DNA of 46,968 nucleotides from positions 1-46,968 of the IMG/VR virus record IMGVR_UViG_3300020045_002142; one strand, written 5' to 3'. A program made the position numbers and the translations under genes. Source of the stretch: a virus. Taxonomy: Duplodnaviria > Caudoviricetes. Below, in pieces: positions 8,291 to 17,307 of the stretch (position 1 is its first letter; each line of letters opens with the position of its first letter). The notes beneath the pieces were generated by a model that did not search any database, was not told the DNA's origin, and saw nothing but the letters and a program-made list of their open reading frames with translations.

Positions 8291-9701
8291 TACAACTGGC
8301 TTTGAGCGTGCGCGACTAGCAGAAATTAAAACTGACTACGACGCACGGTTTACTGACGCTTTTGGGCCAGTTAACACTAACCCGGATGCAGTGGTAGGCC
8401 AGATGATTGGTATCTTTGCGGCGGCTCTTGATGATATTCAAGAAACTCTAGCTGACACTTATGATGCAATGTATCCATTCAGCGCAGAAGGTACTAGCCT
8501 AGATGGTGCTGTTTCATTTGTGGGCTTGGAGAGGCTTGGAGCCACTGCCACCGAGGTGACGGCTTGCGTATACGGTGCTGAGTCCACTTTGCTACCAACT
8601 GGCGTGCTCACCCGATCTGGTACTAAGCAATACGCCACTACTTCGGATGTAGTGATTAGCCGTGCCAATGCGTTGGATGTTGAAATCACGGTTATGACTG
8701 TGCTGAACGCCACGTCTTACCAGATTATCGCAGGCGGCGTTTTGGCTACTTACACTAGCGACGCTAGCGCAACGGCTGCGGAGATTGCTACGGGGCTTGC
8801 ATCGGCGTTTAATCCATTGAATTTTACAGCTACGGCCACTGGTTCTAAGTTGCGGCTTTACAGCTTTGATAAAGTATCTGATTTTCCTTTGACGCTTGAT
8901 GCTAATCTGTCGATTACTAAGCTGGGTTCACCTGCTATTTTCACGGCTGTTGAGTTAGGTGCAAATGTCCTACCTGCTGGTGCACTAACAATTATTGACA
9001 GTCCAATTATGGGATGGAATTCTGTAAATAATTTAGTTGATGGTGCGACTGGCAGAAATGTTGAAACAGATTCTGCTTTGCGGGACCGCCACTCTACTAG
9101 TGTTCGGGCCACGGGTAGCGCCACGGTTAAAGCAATTCGTGCACGTATGCTCGCTGATGTTCCTGAAATTACAGCGGCTTACATTTACGAAAACCGCACG
9201 ACTGAAATAGTTGATTCAATGCCACCTCATAGCATGGAATCTGTAATTGTCGGTGGCGCTAATCAGGATATTCTTGACAAGCTTTGGGAAGTAAAACCCG
9301 CTGGAATTGAAACATATGGCACTACAGTAGGCCAAGTAATTGATGATAACGGCGATGGCCAGACAATCAAGTTTTCACGGCCAGTTACTCAGTTTGCATG
9401 GGTGCGGGTATCGGTGGATGCTTTGTACTTGGAGGAAACCCTGACCAGCACAATCCAAGCGGCTATATCTGACGCTGTGCTTTCTTATGGTGATACGCTG
9501 GATGTAGGTGAGGATGTGATTACCCAGCGGTTCTATGGTCCTATTTATACCGCTACTACGGGTATTGGTCAGATTACGGTACAAGCTGCTGTGACTTCTA
9601 CCGAGGTAGGCGTACCAAGTTATTCCACAAATAATATCTCCATTGGTAGAGCGGGTATTGCTCTGTTTTCTGCTGCACGTATTTCAGTGGTGGGCGTATG
9701 A
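8280..9701 (+). CDS. Baseplate J-like wedge protein
   Basis: AEGTSLD, GRNVETDSALRDR, PPHSMESVIVGG, KPAGIETYG motifs. Confidence 0.9.
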   Translation: MPLNTTGFERARLAEIKTDYDARFTDAFGPVNTNPDAVVGQMIGIFAAALDDIQETLADTYDAMYPFSAEGTSLDGAVSFVGLERLGATATEVTACVYGAESTLLPTGVLTRSGTKQYATTSDVVISRANALDVEITVMTVLNATSYQIIAGGVLATYTSDASATAAEIATGLASAFNPLNFTATATGSKLRLYSFDKVSDFPLTLDANLSITKLGSPAIFTAVELGANVLPAGALTIIDSPIMGWNSVNNLVDGATGRNVETDSALRDRHSTSVRATGSATVKAIRARMLADVPEITAAYIYENRTTEIVDSMPPHSMESVIVGGANQDILDKLWEVKPAGIETYGTTVGQVIDDNGDGQTIKFSRPVTQFAWVRVSVDALYLEETLTSTIQAAISDAVLSYGDTLDVGEDVITQRFYGPIYTATTGIGQITVQAAVTSTEVGVPSYSTNNISIGRAGIALFSAARISVVGV

Positions 9702-10426
9702 ACTTAGTCAGCGAAGCCCTAGAGCGGGCCACCAGCCAGTTTCAGGCATCACCTAAGTTGATGGCATTGCTTGCAGCTATTGTCGGCCCTCTGGATGTGG
9801 TAGTTGGTACTGCTGAAGAATTGAAAACAGAGAGATGGATTGATACGGCTATTGGCAAACAACTTGACGGATGTGGGTATATCGTAGGCGAACTGCGGGC
9901 CGGTCGTAACGATGATGCATACCGCAAAGCCATTCGGTTCCGGGTGTTTGTCAATGTGTCCGAGGGTACTCCGGGAGCTTTGATTCAAGGATTGAAATAT
10001 CTAATTGATTCAGACGATTATCAATATCTGGAAATGTATCCAGCTACGGCTATTCTGTTTGCCAATGGGCCAGATGTACCTGTTGATATTCATTTACAGA
10101 TGCAGGATTTGGCACCTGCTGGAATATCTGATGTGCCCGTCATGGTGTCGTATGCGGAGTTGCCATTTCGTTTTGCCAAAGAGTCTACTGCTGGAGAGTT
10201 ATTTGTTAATGGCAAAACAAGTTACCTCACGGCTAACGGCTCTGATATTAAAGTTTCGGCTGAATCCGGTAATATAACTGGTCCTACTTTTGGCGGTATT
10301 GCACCTGCTGAATTAACGGCGGGCGGGCAGTTGATTGATGTGAATGGCTCTATTCTTGTCGTTCACGCTGAAAATTATCAAACTAAAATAGAATCAGGCT
10401 ACCACTTAACGGGCGTTTTCCAATGA
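9698..10426 (+). CDS. Baseplate protein (DUF2612-like)
   Basis: SQFQASPKL...IDTAIGKQLDGCGYIVG...DDAYRKAI motif. Confidence 0.8.
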   Translation: MNLVSEALERATSQFQASPKLMALLAAIVGPLDVVVGTAEELKTERWIDTAIGKQLDGCGYIVGELRAGRNDDAYRKAIRFRVFVNVSEGTPGALIQGLKYLIDSDDYQYLEMYPATAILFANGPDVPVDIHLQMQDLAPAGISDVPVMVSYAELPFRFAKESTAGELFVNGKTSYLTANGSDIKVSAESGNITGPTFGGIAPAELTAGGQLIDVNGSILVVHAENYQTKIESGYHLTGVFQ

Positions 10427-10863
10427 CAACCTTTGCAAACACTTTCACCACTTACTCAGACGGTCAGCAAAATCTAAATAAGCCATCCGACGCGGTTATG
10501 GCCACTGGTTTTGTACCTGCTACGGCCACCAGTCGAGGCCAACCTTTGCCCGCACAGTGGCTTAATTGGTTGATTAATCGGTTGTTCAAACATATAAACC
10601 GTGATGTTGTTACTGACAATCTAGGCGTTGGTTTGTTTACTACTGAGAATGCCATGATTCGGCTGGAGGCATTTGATTTGTCTGACCCTAATAAATACCT
10701 AGTCGCCATTGGTTATAAAGCGGCTGGCGTTGCTCCAAGTTTGAAAGTTGTTTCTAGCGCGACATTAACCCTAGGCACTGGTACAATTAACGGAAACCAA
10801 CCCATTACGGGCGGTGCTAATGTGAAAATAGTCGGGTATTCCCGTCAAGTTGGAGAATTGTAA
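10423..10863 (+). CDS. Tail fibre attachment/adaptor protein
   Basis: GFVP...GQPLPAQWLNWLIN motif typical of myovirus fibre N-termini. Confidence 0.6.
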   Translation: MTTFANTFTTYSDGQQNLNKPSDAVMATGFVPATATSRGQPLPAQWLNWLINRLFKHINRDVVTDNLGVGLFTTENAMIRLEAFDLSDPNKYLVAIGYKAAGVAPSLKVVSSATLTLGTGTINGNQPITGGANVKIVGYSRQVGEL

Positions 10864-11474
10864 TGGCCCTAAGTAGTACCGAAGAAGCCCAGACACGGGC
10901 ATTAATTGCACAGCAGGCAGCGATTTTGTCGCTTGCCTCTAGTGAGCCTACTATTATCAGTAAGCTGGGTGCTACCAAGGTTTCACTGGCTGACTTGACT
11001 GCTGCAACTTCGCTTGGTTCTAGTGATTTGTTTTTGGTTCGTCAGGGTACTACTGAGAAAAGCACGGCGCTTTCTGTGCTTACTCCTGATGCGAGCGAAA
11101 CTGTAAAAGGCATTGTAGAGCTTGCAACATCTGCAGAAACTTTGGCAGGTACAGATTCAACTCGCGCCGTTCATCCTGCTGGATTAATGAGTGGATTTAC
11201 TAAATCATTTACATCAAGTGGTTATCAAAAACTGCCTAGTGGTTTGATTATTCAATGGGGTTATACAATAGTAACTCCAAGTGCAATTAATACAATTGTT
11301 TTGCCAATAGCATTTACATCAAATTTATATAATACTATTGTTTCATCTGGAAATGGTGATGGTGCTGCTTCAGTTGTTGGTGTTGCTGTCGCAAGTGCAA
11401 CCCCACTTTCAACCATTAGAATTAGATGTGAAGCTGGAACATCTGGATTATTTTTTATAGTAATTGGACGTTAA
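10863..11474 (+). CDS. Short tail fibre protein (gp53-like C-terminal domain)
   Basis: ASETVKGIVELAT repeat, GYQKLPSGLIIQWG, LPIAF and terminal IVIGR. Confidence 0.85.
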   Translation: MALSSTEEAQTRALIAQQAAILSLASSEPTIISKLGATKVSLADLTAATSLGSSDLFLVRQGTTEKSTALSVLTPDASETVKGIVELATSAETLAGTDSTRAVHPAGLMSGFTKSFTSSGYQKLPSGLIIQWGYTIVTPSAINTIVLPIAFTSNLYNTIVSSGNGDGAASVVGVAVASATPLSTIRIRCEAGTSGLFFIVIGR

Positions 11475-11482
11475 GGATAAAA

Positions 11483-11902
11483 ATGTTTTACTCAAAATCT
11501 ACCGGTGGTTTTTATTCTTTTGAAATTCACGGCTCAAACATTCCCGCTGATGCCGTTGAAATTACTATTGAGCAACATTTTGAATTGTTGCAAGGTCAAT
11601 CAAACGGAAAAGTAATTTCTTCGGATGTTAATGGTAATCCAGTTCTTACGGATGCACCAGTTTTGCCAGCGGTAATTCCTACCGTAGTCACTATGGTTCA
11701 AGCCCGTTTAGCCCTTAATCAGCTTAATTTGCTGGAGCCGGTAGAGATCAGCATTTCTAGCCTAGACCGTGCCGCACAGATTGAATGGGAATTCAGGGCT
11801 ACTGTGCAGCGAGATTCTGCATTGGTGCAAGCGCTGGCATCTGGTTTGAAGCTTGATTCCAAGACTTTAGATGAGTTGTTTACTTTGGCTGCATCGCTAT
11901 GA
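11483..11902 (+). CDS. Tail fibre assembly chaperone
   Basis: MFYSKSTGGFY...IPADAVEIT...LLQGQSNGKVI...GNPVL N-terminus; C-terminal QARLAL...LDELF domain. Confidence 0.8.
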   Translation: MFYSKSTGGFYSFEIHGSNIPADAVEITIEQHFELLQGQSNGKVISSDVNGNPVLTDAPVLPAVIPTVVTMVQARLALNQLNLLEPVEISISSLDRAAQIEWEFRATVQRDSALVQALASGLKLDSKTLDELFTLAASL

Positions 11903-12252
11903 TCTATTTACAAGTCATCGGATGGTCATTCCTAGCATTGTGGTCGCTATGGTATTTGTATCTCATCGTTATGAGTCTTTACCGTGCGCGTCTAATGGGC
12001 CGATTGTCTACTAATGCTACTGTCCTTGGTTATCCAGCGCTTATGATAGGCCTTGCTATGGACTGGCTAATCAATTGGACAGTGGCTACTATTTGGTTTT
12101 GGGAGTTGCCTAAAACGCCATTGGAATTAGTAACTGGCCGTTTGCAACGATATATTGCTGGACCCGCTGGACGAAAACAAAAACATGCAAGAATTGTGTG
12201 CAGTCATTTTCTTGACCCATTCGACCCAAATCCCGAGGGCCATTGCGTGTGA
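11899..12252 (+). CDS. Membrane protein in the lysis region
   Basis: Two hydrophobic segments; conserved-looking C-terminus LDPFDP..HC. Confidence 0.6.
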   Translation: MIYLQVIGWSFLALWSLWYLYLIVMSLYRARLMGRLSTNATVLGYPALMIGLAMDWLINWTVATIWFWELPKTPLELVTGRLQRYIAGPAGRKQKHARIVCSHFLDPFDPNPEGHCV

Positions 12253-12428
12253 GTGATCCCAATCAAGACCATGCAATTCGTATTGCACTACTGGAACAGG
12301 CTATGTCCGGTATTAAATCAGAACTTCACCAGATCAATTCTAATATCGGTAAACTAGTTTGGGCTGTGATTATCGCTATGGTAATGGCCGTTGTTCAATT
12401 CGCATTGAAAGGCGGGCTAAATGCATGA
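12249..12428 (+). CDS. Small coiled-coil plus transmembrane protein (XhlA/holin-like)
   Basis: RIALLE coiled coil then one TM helix; GTG overlaps the upstream TGA. Confidence 0.6.
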   Translation: MSDPNQDHAIRIALLEQAMSGIKSELHQINSNIGKLVWAVIIAMVMAVVQFALKGGLNA

Positions 12429-12840
12429 GCGTATAGCTAATATCGGATGGTTAATACTAGCTGGTATTTTATTTGGAACTATGTCAGCGACTGGAGTTTT
12501 GTTAGTTAAAGATGTTGAACATAGGTTTGCCCAAGTAGTATCAAACGCATCAATTACTAGAATCGAAAAAGATGGCGATGGTGTTTTGATTTGGGGAACT
12601 TTTTACAAAGAGCGTGATTGTAAGTTTATTGAAGCCACAGCAAATGTCGGGGCTGTATCTCTTGACCTAGAATTCAAAGATGAACATAAGCACCGATCTA
12701 GCACACGTCCAACGGGGCCGCAAGTCTTTGGGCCGTGGCGGCTTAGTCCGAGTATTTACCCGATACGCGTGACTGTGCGCCATTCGTGCCATTCTCTTTG
12801 GGTAACGTCTACCACAATGATAGAAAGTTATAAGCCATGA
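12421..12840 (+). CDS. Membrane-anchored periplasmic protein, lysis region
   Basis: N-terminal TM segment, beta-rich domain with two Cys. Confidence 0.55.
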   Translation: MHERIANIGWLILAGILFGTMSATGVLLVKDVEHRFAQVVSNASITRIEKDGDGVLIWGTFYKERDCKFIEATANVGAVSLDLEFKDEHKHRSSTRPTGPQVFGPWRLSPSIYPIRVTVRHSCHSLWVTSTTMIESYKP

Positions 12841-13400
12841 AGCAAACACTGACGAACGCAGACTATCAGAGGGCCGCTATGGCTCTTGATTGCGATGTTG
12901 CGGCCATCATAGCTGTTTGCACTGTAGAGGCACCACGGGGCGGATTCTTGGCTAGTGGCGCGCCAACAATCCTTTTTGAGCGCCATCAATTCAGCAAGCG
13001 TACGGGCAGTCGATTTGATCTTGAATACCCCGATATTAGCAATCGCACGCCTGGCGGTTATATGGGTGGCGAGGCCGAACATGCGCGATTAATTCGTGCT
13101 GCATCATTGGACCGTAATGCGGCGCTTATGTCTGCTAGCTGGGGTAAGTTTCAAATTATGGGCTTCAACTTTAAATCCGCAGGTTTCCCGACTTTGCAAG
13201 AATTTATTAATGCTATGTATGAAAGTGAAGCTGCTCAACTGGATGCGTTTGTTTCATTCATTCAGCGTGAAGGCATGGCTTCAATGTTGAAATTCAAACA
13301 ATGGACTGATTTTGCAAAGCGGTATAACGGTCCGAACTTTGCTATTAACAAATACGATTCAAAGCTAGCTAGTGCTTATACAGCCGCAGGGGGTTTTTAA
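12837..13400 (+). CDS. Endolysin, N-acetylmuramidase (DUF3380 family)
   Basis: VEA.RGGF...PTILFERHQF, SASWGKFQIMGFN, FAKRYNGP motifs. Confidence 0.93.
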   Translation: MKQTLTNADYQRAAMALDCDVAAIIAVCTVEAPRGGFLASGAPTILFERHQFSKRTGSRFDLEYPDISNRTPGGYMGGEAEHARLIRAASLDRNAALMSASWGKFQIMGFNFKSAGFPTLQEFINAMYESEAAQLDAFVSFIQREGMASMLKFKQWTDFAKRYNGPNFAINKYDSKLASAYTAAGGF

Positions 13401-13903
13401 TGGATTGGATTAAATCACTGGCCCCATTGCTAGGTACTGCCCTAGGTGGACCACTTGGAGGCGCTGCAGCTACTTTTCTAGCGGATAAACTTGGAATAGA
13501 GGGAAAAACTATCGAGTCCGTATCGGATATTCTGCAAAGCGGAAGAATGACGCCTGAGCAAGTTGGTGCGGTTAAATTGGCTGAAATTGATTTTCAAAAG
13601 TTCTTGGAATCAAACAAAATTGATTTAGCAAAAATGAACTTGGAAAATACAAAAGATGCACGCGATATGCAAAAACAAACGCGAAGCATTTACCCTGCTA
13701 TTTTTTCAACTTTTGTAACTCTTGGTTTCTTTGGTATTTTGGCATCTATGTTGATAATGGAATATCGACCTACTGATTCTCTTTTGATTATGCTTGGTGC
13801 TCTAGGTGCTGCATTTGGGGCTGTAGTTAATTTCTGGCTTGGTAGCTCCAGCGGAAGCGCGGCAAAGACTGAATTACTAGCACAATCGCAGCCACTTAAA
13901 TGA
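13400..13903 (+). CDS. Holin (3TM/GTA-type)
   Basis: APLLGTALGGPLGGAA N-terminus, DARDMQ, two TM helices, VVNFWLGSSSGS. Confidence 0.8.
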   Translation: MDWIKSLAPLLGTALGGPLGGAAATFLADKLGIEGKTIESVSDILQSGRMTPEQVGAVKLAEIDFQKFLESNKIDLAKMNLENTKDARDMQKQTRSIYPAIFSTFVTLGFFGILASMLIMEYRPTDSLLIMLGALGAAFGAVVNFWLGSSSGSAAKTELLAQSQPLK

Positions 13904-14124
13904 CACATAGCAACTGCCTGTTTTGGGCTATAGCCATGTGGATTAGGAGAAAGCGTAAAGGCAGATCAGGCTATCTGGTCGCTCGTATGAGTCGGTGGGG
14001 AGTGTTTCCGCACTTTCTATATATGGAACGCGGCAAACTATACAGCTTTGTACCACAAAATCCTAAGCACAAAAGATTACCGCCCCCAGTATTTAAGGGG
14101 CGGTCAAAATTTGGGGACTTGTGA
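13900..14124 (+). CDS. Small cationic hypothetical protein
   Basis: ATGA-coupled to the holin; Arg/Lys- and aromatic-rich, 74 aa. Confidence 0.6.
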   Translation: MTHSNCLFWAIAMWIRRKRKGRSGYLVARMSRWGVFPHFLYMERGKLYSFVPQNPKHKRLPPPVFKGRSKFGDL

Positions 14125-14427
14125 TTAGTCTTTTACAAATACGCCATTAGGCATCATAGTTCCAGTCCGGTGCTTAATCTCGCCATAGGCTGATTCAAGG
14201 CATGACGTAAGGTCTAATCCTTCCAATTCAGCAACTAGCACCAGCGTCACCAGTACATCGCCTAGGCCATCAATAATACCGTTCCTATCGCCTTTAATCA
14301 GTGCATCGGCCAGTTCGCCTAGCTCTGACATTGTTTTCAATAGCTGGGTTTGACTAGTAGAATTTGGGATGATCTTACGGGCTTTCGCCCATAGAATCAC
14401 ATTCATATCTAATTCTTCAAATTTCAT
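14125..14427 (-). CDS. MazG-like nucleotide pyrophosphohydrolase
   Basis: QLLKTMSELGELADA...DGLGDVLVTL...CLESAYGEIKHRTG motif. Confidence 0.88.
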   Translation of the reverse strand: MKFEELDMNVILWAKARKIIPNSTSQTQLLKTMSELGELADALIKGDRNGIIDGLGDVLVTLVLVAELEGLDLTSCLESAYGEIKHRTGTMMPNGVFVKD

Positions 14428-14627
14428 TTAGTGTCTTTCTTAAAAGGTGGCAACGGGTGCCAGTGGGTGTAATATCCTTGGGCCGGTAGGTGTGTGCCAA
14501 TATGGGCAACACCATATTTCTCGCTGACCAGCATCATCTTTACGCCTTGCGGAGTAGTTTTGTCAATTGGTATCCAGTAGGAAGATTTATTAACAACTGC
14601 TACACCATCACTACTAATTTTGTGCAT
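14424..14627 (-). CDS. Hypothetical protein (DUF551-like W.PI...THW.PLP)
   Basis: WIPIDKTTP...THWHPLP motif; coupled to the MazG-like gene. Confidence 0.65.
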   Translation of the reverse strand: MHKISSDGVAVVNKSSYWIPIDKTTPQGVKMMLVSEKYGVAHIGTHLPAQGYYTHWHPLPPFKKDTK

Positions 14628-14760
14628 TTTTCATATTCTCAATTCGTGATTGTATTTCTTTGATTACAGCATCATGGCAAGCCTGGCCATAATCATGCAT
14701 ATCTTTTGATGTGTAATCATTGCCGGGAAATTGTGGATATGGAAGTGGTGGCAATGTCAT
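14614..14760 (-). CDS. Small hypothetical protein (48 aa)
   Basis: ATGA overlap with the thyX stop; MTLPPLPYP...MHDYGQAC, similar to 28603-28848. Confidence 0.5.
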   Translation of the reverse strand: MTLPPLPYPQFPGNDYTSKDMHDYGQACHDAVIKEIQSRIENMKNAQN

Positions 14761-15401
14761 ATTTCCTCTGGGAAAAATGCAGACATAGTAATCGGCGCTA
14801 CGGTGCGCAAAATGGATAGGACTTCCTGAGCGATTAGGCGATGCTCTTTTTGGGTACTAGGATGTATTCGCTGTTTTAGATAAAAAATCCAGCTGCGCAT
14901 AGTGCCATTACAGTCCATACGGCTGGTGGTTAAGCCCTCTGGAAGCAGTGATCTGGCTTGTTCTTTAGCAATTCCAATTTTTAAAGCCCATGCATAAGCA
15001 TCTTTTGCTTCTAAAATTACTTTGTTTTGAAGACCTTCCCAAGAATCAATAATCCATTTTTGATCTTCCGTGGTTTCAATAGAATTTTGTCTGTTCTTCA
15101 CATCCTGCAGACGGCATTCACGCAATGGCGATTTGGGCAAGATGCTAACATCCTGATACCGCTGGCTAAACTCTTGAAACTTGATTGACGAATGGCGCAA
15201 TATCTGTCTGGCAATGTCTCGCGTTGTGTCAATCTCTAAACACACATTGCACATATCAAATGGGCTTACATGGCCTTCACGCATACAATAGTTAAGCAAG
15301 CCTGCAATGCTTGGATTATCGCGGTTATCGCTGCTAATCCTAGCTTCATATGCCAGTTCGTTATCGAGATTTGGCGTCGCCCATCGCAGGGATACTTTCA
15401 T
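14757..15401 (-). CDS. thyX: FAD-dependent thymidylate synthase
   Basis: GHVSPF, TRDIARQILRHSSIKFQEFSQRY (ThyX motif), AKEQARSLLP, TQKEHR. Confidence 0.95.
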   Translation of the reverse strand: MKVSLRWATPNLDNELAYEARISSDNRDNPSIAGLLNYCMREGHVSPFDMCNVCLEIDTTRDIARQILRHSSIKFQEFSQRYQDVSILPKSPLRECRLQDVKNRQNSIETTEDQKWIIDSWEGLQNKVILEAKDAYAWALKIGIAKEQARSLLPEGLTTSRMDCNGTMRSWIFYLKQRIHPSTQKEHRLIAQEVLSILRTVAPITMSAFFPEEI

Positions 15402-15571
15402 TTTTTCTCTCCAAATAAATCAGGTTGATCGTTAACAATCACTTTGTTAGTGACTTTGCTTAATGGCTTATTGCCTAGTGACTCATAACATGTCGGACCA
15501 ATTGGCTTGCCATTTAGATAATGGTGCTTTGTACCAGATTGCAAAGACCGGCCACATTTAAAGCATTTCAT
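15398..15571 (-). CDS. Small zinc-finger protein (57 aa) with C-terminal QPDLF
   Basis: Translated by hand: MKCFKCGRSL...PIGPTC...NDQPDLFGEKK; ATGA overlaps at both ends. Confidence 0.65.
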   Translation of the reverse strand: MKCFKCGRSLQSGTKHHYLNGKPIGPTCYESLGNKPLSKVTNKVIVNDQPDLFGEKK

Positions 15572-16026
15572 ATCTCGATAACTTCAGGAGCACGACTGCG
15601 CATTCTGTTAACTGCTGTTTTCAAAAATCTTTCATATTCACCTCTAGATATACTAGTGCGCTGTAAGTGATGCCACTCAAATAGCTCTTTTATAGCATGC
15701 AATTCTTGGTCTGTGATATCCCATTTATGCCACTTTTCAAACCGTTGTTTTAGCTTGATTAGTGCAGATTCGGCAACTTTGCAAGCGGCTAGAACTTCTG
15801 GACCTATTCCATTTCTTGCCATTGTTTCCGACACTCCAAGAATCTGACACAATTCTTTATAAGCATATAACGCATTTTCATTACATTGCACAATTGAATT
15901 TATCATATTTGCCTCATGGGCTTTTAGTAAATCCAGTTTATCGTCGGTTGTAATTCGTGCGCCATCAATTGCCATAGCAATGGTATCTACAAGCTCATAA
16001 TGCTTGCGCTTGCACTTCTTACGCAT
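15568..16026 (-). CDS. Hypothetical phage protein
   Basis: MRKKCKRKHY... helical ORF within a coupled operon. Confidence 0.7.
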   Translation of the reverse strand: MRKKCKRKHYELVDTIAMAIDGARITTDDKLDLLKAHEANMINSIVQCNENALYAYKELCQILGVSETMARNGIGPEVLAACKVAESALIKLKQRFEKWHKWDITDQELHAIKELFEWHHLQRTSISRGEYERFLKTAVNRMRSRAPEVIEI

Positions 16027-16232
16027 TACCGCTGCCAACCAACGGGGACCGTACTGCTAGCCATACCAATCGGCGGCTTATGCTCGTTGTATGTGTCGCC
16101 TACTCGGCTTGGCAACTTATAAGCGTCCATTGCACCAGGTCGCCCCATGTATGGGCGAAGCTCTGAGCCGGTGTAAAAACCTGAAACTTTGCTAATTGCT
16201 GGTGCTGCTACTTTTTTAGTCTTTTTAGTCAT
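16026..16232 (-). CDS. Hypothetical protein
   Basis: YTGSELRP..GRPGAMDAYKLPSR motif; coupled start/stop. Confidence 0.6.
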   Translation of the reverse strand: MTKKTKKVAAPAISKVSGFYTGSELRPYMGRPGAMDAYKLPSRVGDTYNEHKPPIGMASSTVPVGWQR

Positions 16233-16407
16233 TTTGATTTTCCTTAGTTTCGTTGATAAATTTTTTAACTGATTCCGGCCATCCATTACGATAAGCTTTG
16301 TCGAATTGCTCTTGCGTTACCCGCACGCGCAGGGTAGGGTATTTTTTATACGATTGTTGCTCGCTATATTCAAATGGTTGCGACAAGTCTTTAGGTAGTT
16401 TTGCCAT
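16225..16407 (-). CDS. Small putative DNA-binding protein (ribbon-helix-helix-like)
   Basis: TLRVRVTQEQFDKAYRNG..SVKKFI strand-helix-helix pattern. Confidence 0.5.
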   Translation of the reverse strand: MAKLPKDLSQPFEYSEQQSYKKYPTLRVRVTQEQFDKAYRNGWPESVKKFINETKENQND

Positions 16408-16574
16408 TACGTCAAATACACCATAAGACCGTAAGCCAGCGAGATACCAATAGCAACTACTAGCAGGTATCCGACAATTTTTTCCTTCTTGTGGCAACGG
16501 TAAATCGCGTTGCCGTAGGATGGGCCAAATGGAAATGCTTCATCCATTGTGCGTGGATGTTTATGGTAGCTCAT
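16407..16574 (-). CDS. Small membrane protein (55 aa)
   Basis: Hand translation MSYHKHPRTMDEAF...IVGYLLVVAIGISLAYGLMVYLT; TAATG coupling to the next gene. Confidence 0.55.
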   Translation of the reverse strand: MSYHKHPRTMDEAFPFGPSYGNAIYRCHKKEKIVGYLLVVAIGISLAYGLMVYLT

Positions 16575-16602
16575 TTATTCTTTCTGGATAATTGTTGATA
16601 AA

Positions 16603-16797
16603 TCAAGATGCAAGCACTGCATCAAGTGAAATTCCGGCAGCATCCTTAGCTGGACCGAATTCGGCAGCTTCGTAAGCTTCGCGGGCTGCGCGGATAGCTG
16701 CATTGCGCTTATCATTAGCATCATTCATTTCTGAATATATCTTTCCAGATACGCCAAGAACGTTGGTGGCAAAATTCTTGTGTGCAGTAGCGTTCAT
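16603..16797 (-). CDS. Hypothetical early protein
   Basis: First ORF behind the 16829 promoter. Confidence 0.6.
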   Translation of the reverse strand: MNATAHKNFATNVLGVSGKIYSEMNDANDKRNAAIRAAREAYEAAEFGPAKDAAGISLDAVLAS

Positions 16798-16828
16798 TTT
16801 GTTTTCCCGTTTTGTTGTTGATGTAGTT

Positions 16829-16891
16829 ATTGTAGCGCAATAAACTAACTTTGCGCCACAATATAAAATCTTTTTCTAGGTGTTTACCCTA
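16829..16891 (-). promoter_or_regulatory. Early promoter (-10 TACAAT) with TGTAGCGCA-N12-TGCGCCACA inverted repeat and TAGGTGTTTACCCTA motif
   Basis: Motifs at 16831-16860 and 16877-16891; CATCAACAAC downstream on the minus strand. Confidence 0.65.
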
Positions 16892-17089
16892 GAATGGAAT
16901 CAGGTAGTGCCAATCTTCACATTCATTTACAGCGTATAAATATTCGTCAGGTACGCCACCATTGAATCGGCAAACATTGCCGTTTAGCTTGTCCAAGTTG
17001 TCACAATCAAAGCATCGTTTTTGATTTAAGTAATCCTCGGCAGCAACTTTAGAGCGCAAAGCGGATTCATATTTTTCTTTGTCTGTCAT
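16889..17089 (-). CDS. Small Cys-rich hypothetical protein
   Basis: CFDC...C...C, ending in IPF. Confidence 0.6.
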   Translation of the reverse strand: MTDKEKYESALRSKVAAEDYLNQKRCFDCDNLDKLNGNVCRFNGGVPDEYLYAVNECEDWHYLIPF

Positions 17090-17307
17090 TGCAGTATTGC
17101 CTTTTCTTCAATAAATCCAATTAGATCGTCAGATAGTAATTCTGATATGTCAATTTCACCAATCTTAGCGGTAATAAGAATGGCATTCTCTGGTGTATCT
17201 GGTTCAATTTGTAAACCAGTGCCCAACTCACGGCTACCAGATTCGGATTGCTCATATTCGAGTTCACAATCCAGCTCTCCACCATCAAATTTGTATGTGT
17301 ATTTCAT
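17086..17307 (-). CDS. Acidic hypothetical protein
   Basis: ATGA-coupled 73 aa ORF. Confidence 0.6.
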   Translation of the reverse strand: MKYTYKFDGGELDCELEYEQSESGSRELGTGLQIEPDTPENAILITAKIGEIDISELLSDDLIGFIEEKAILQ

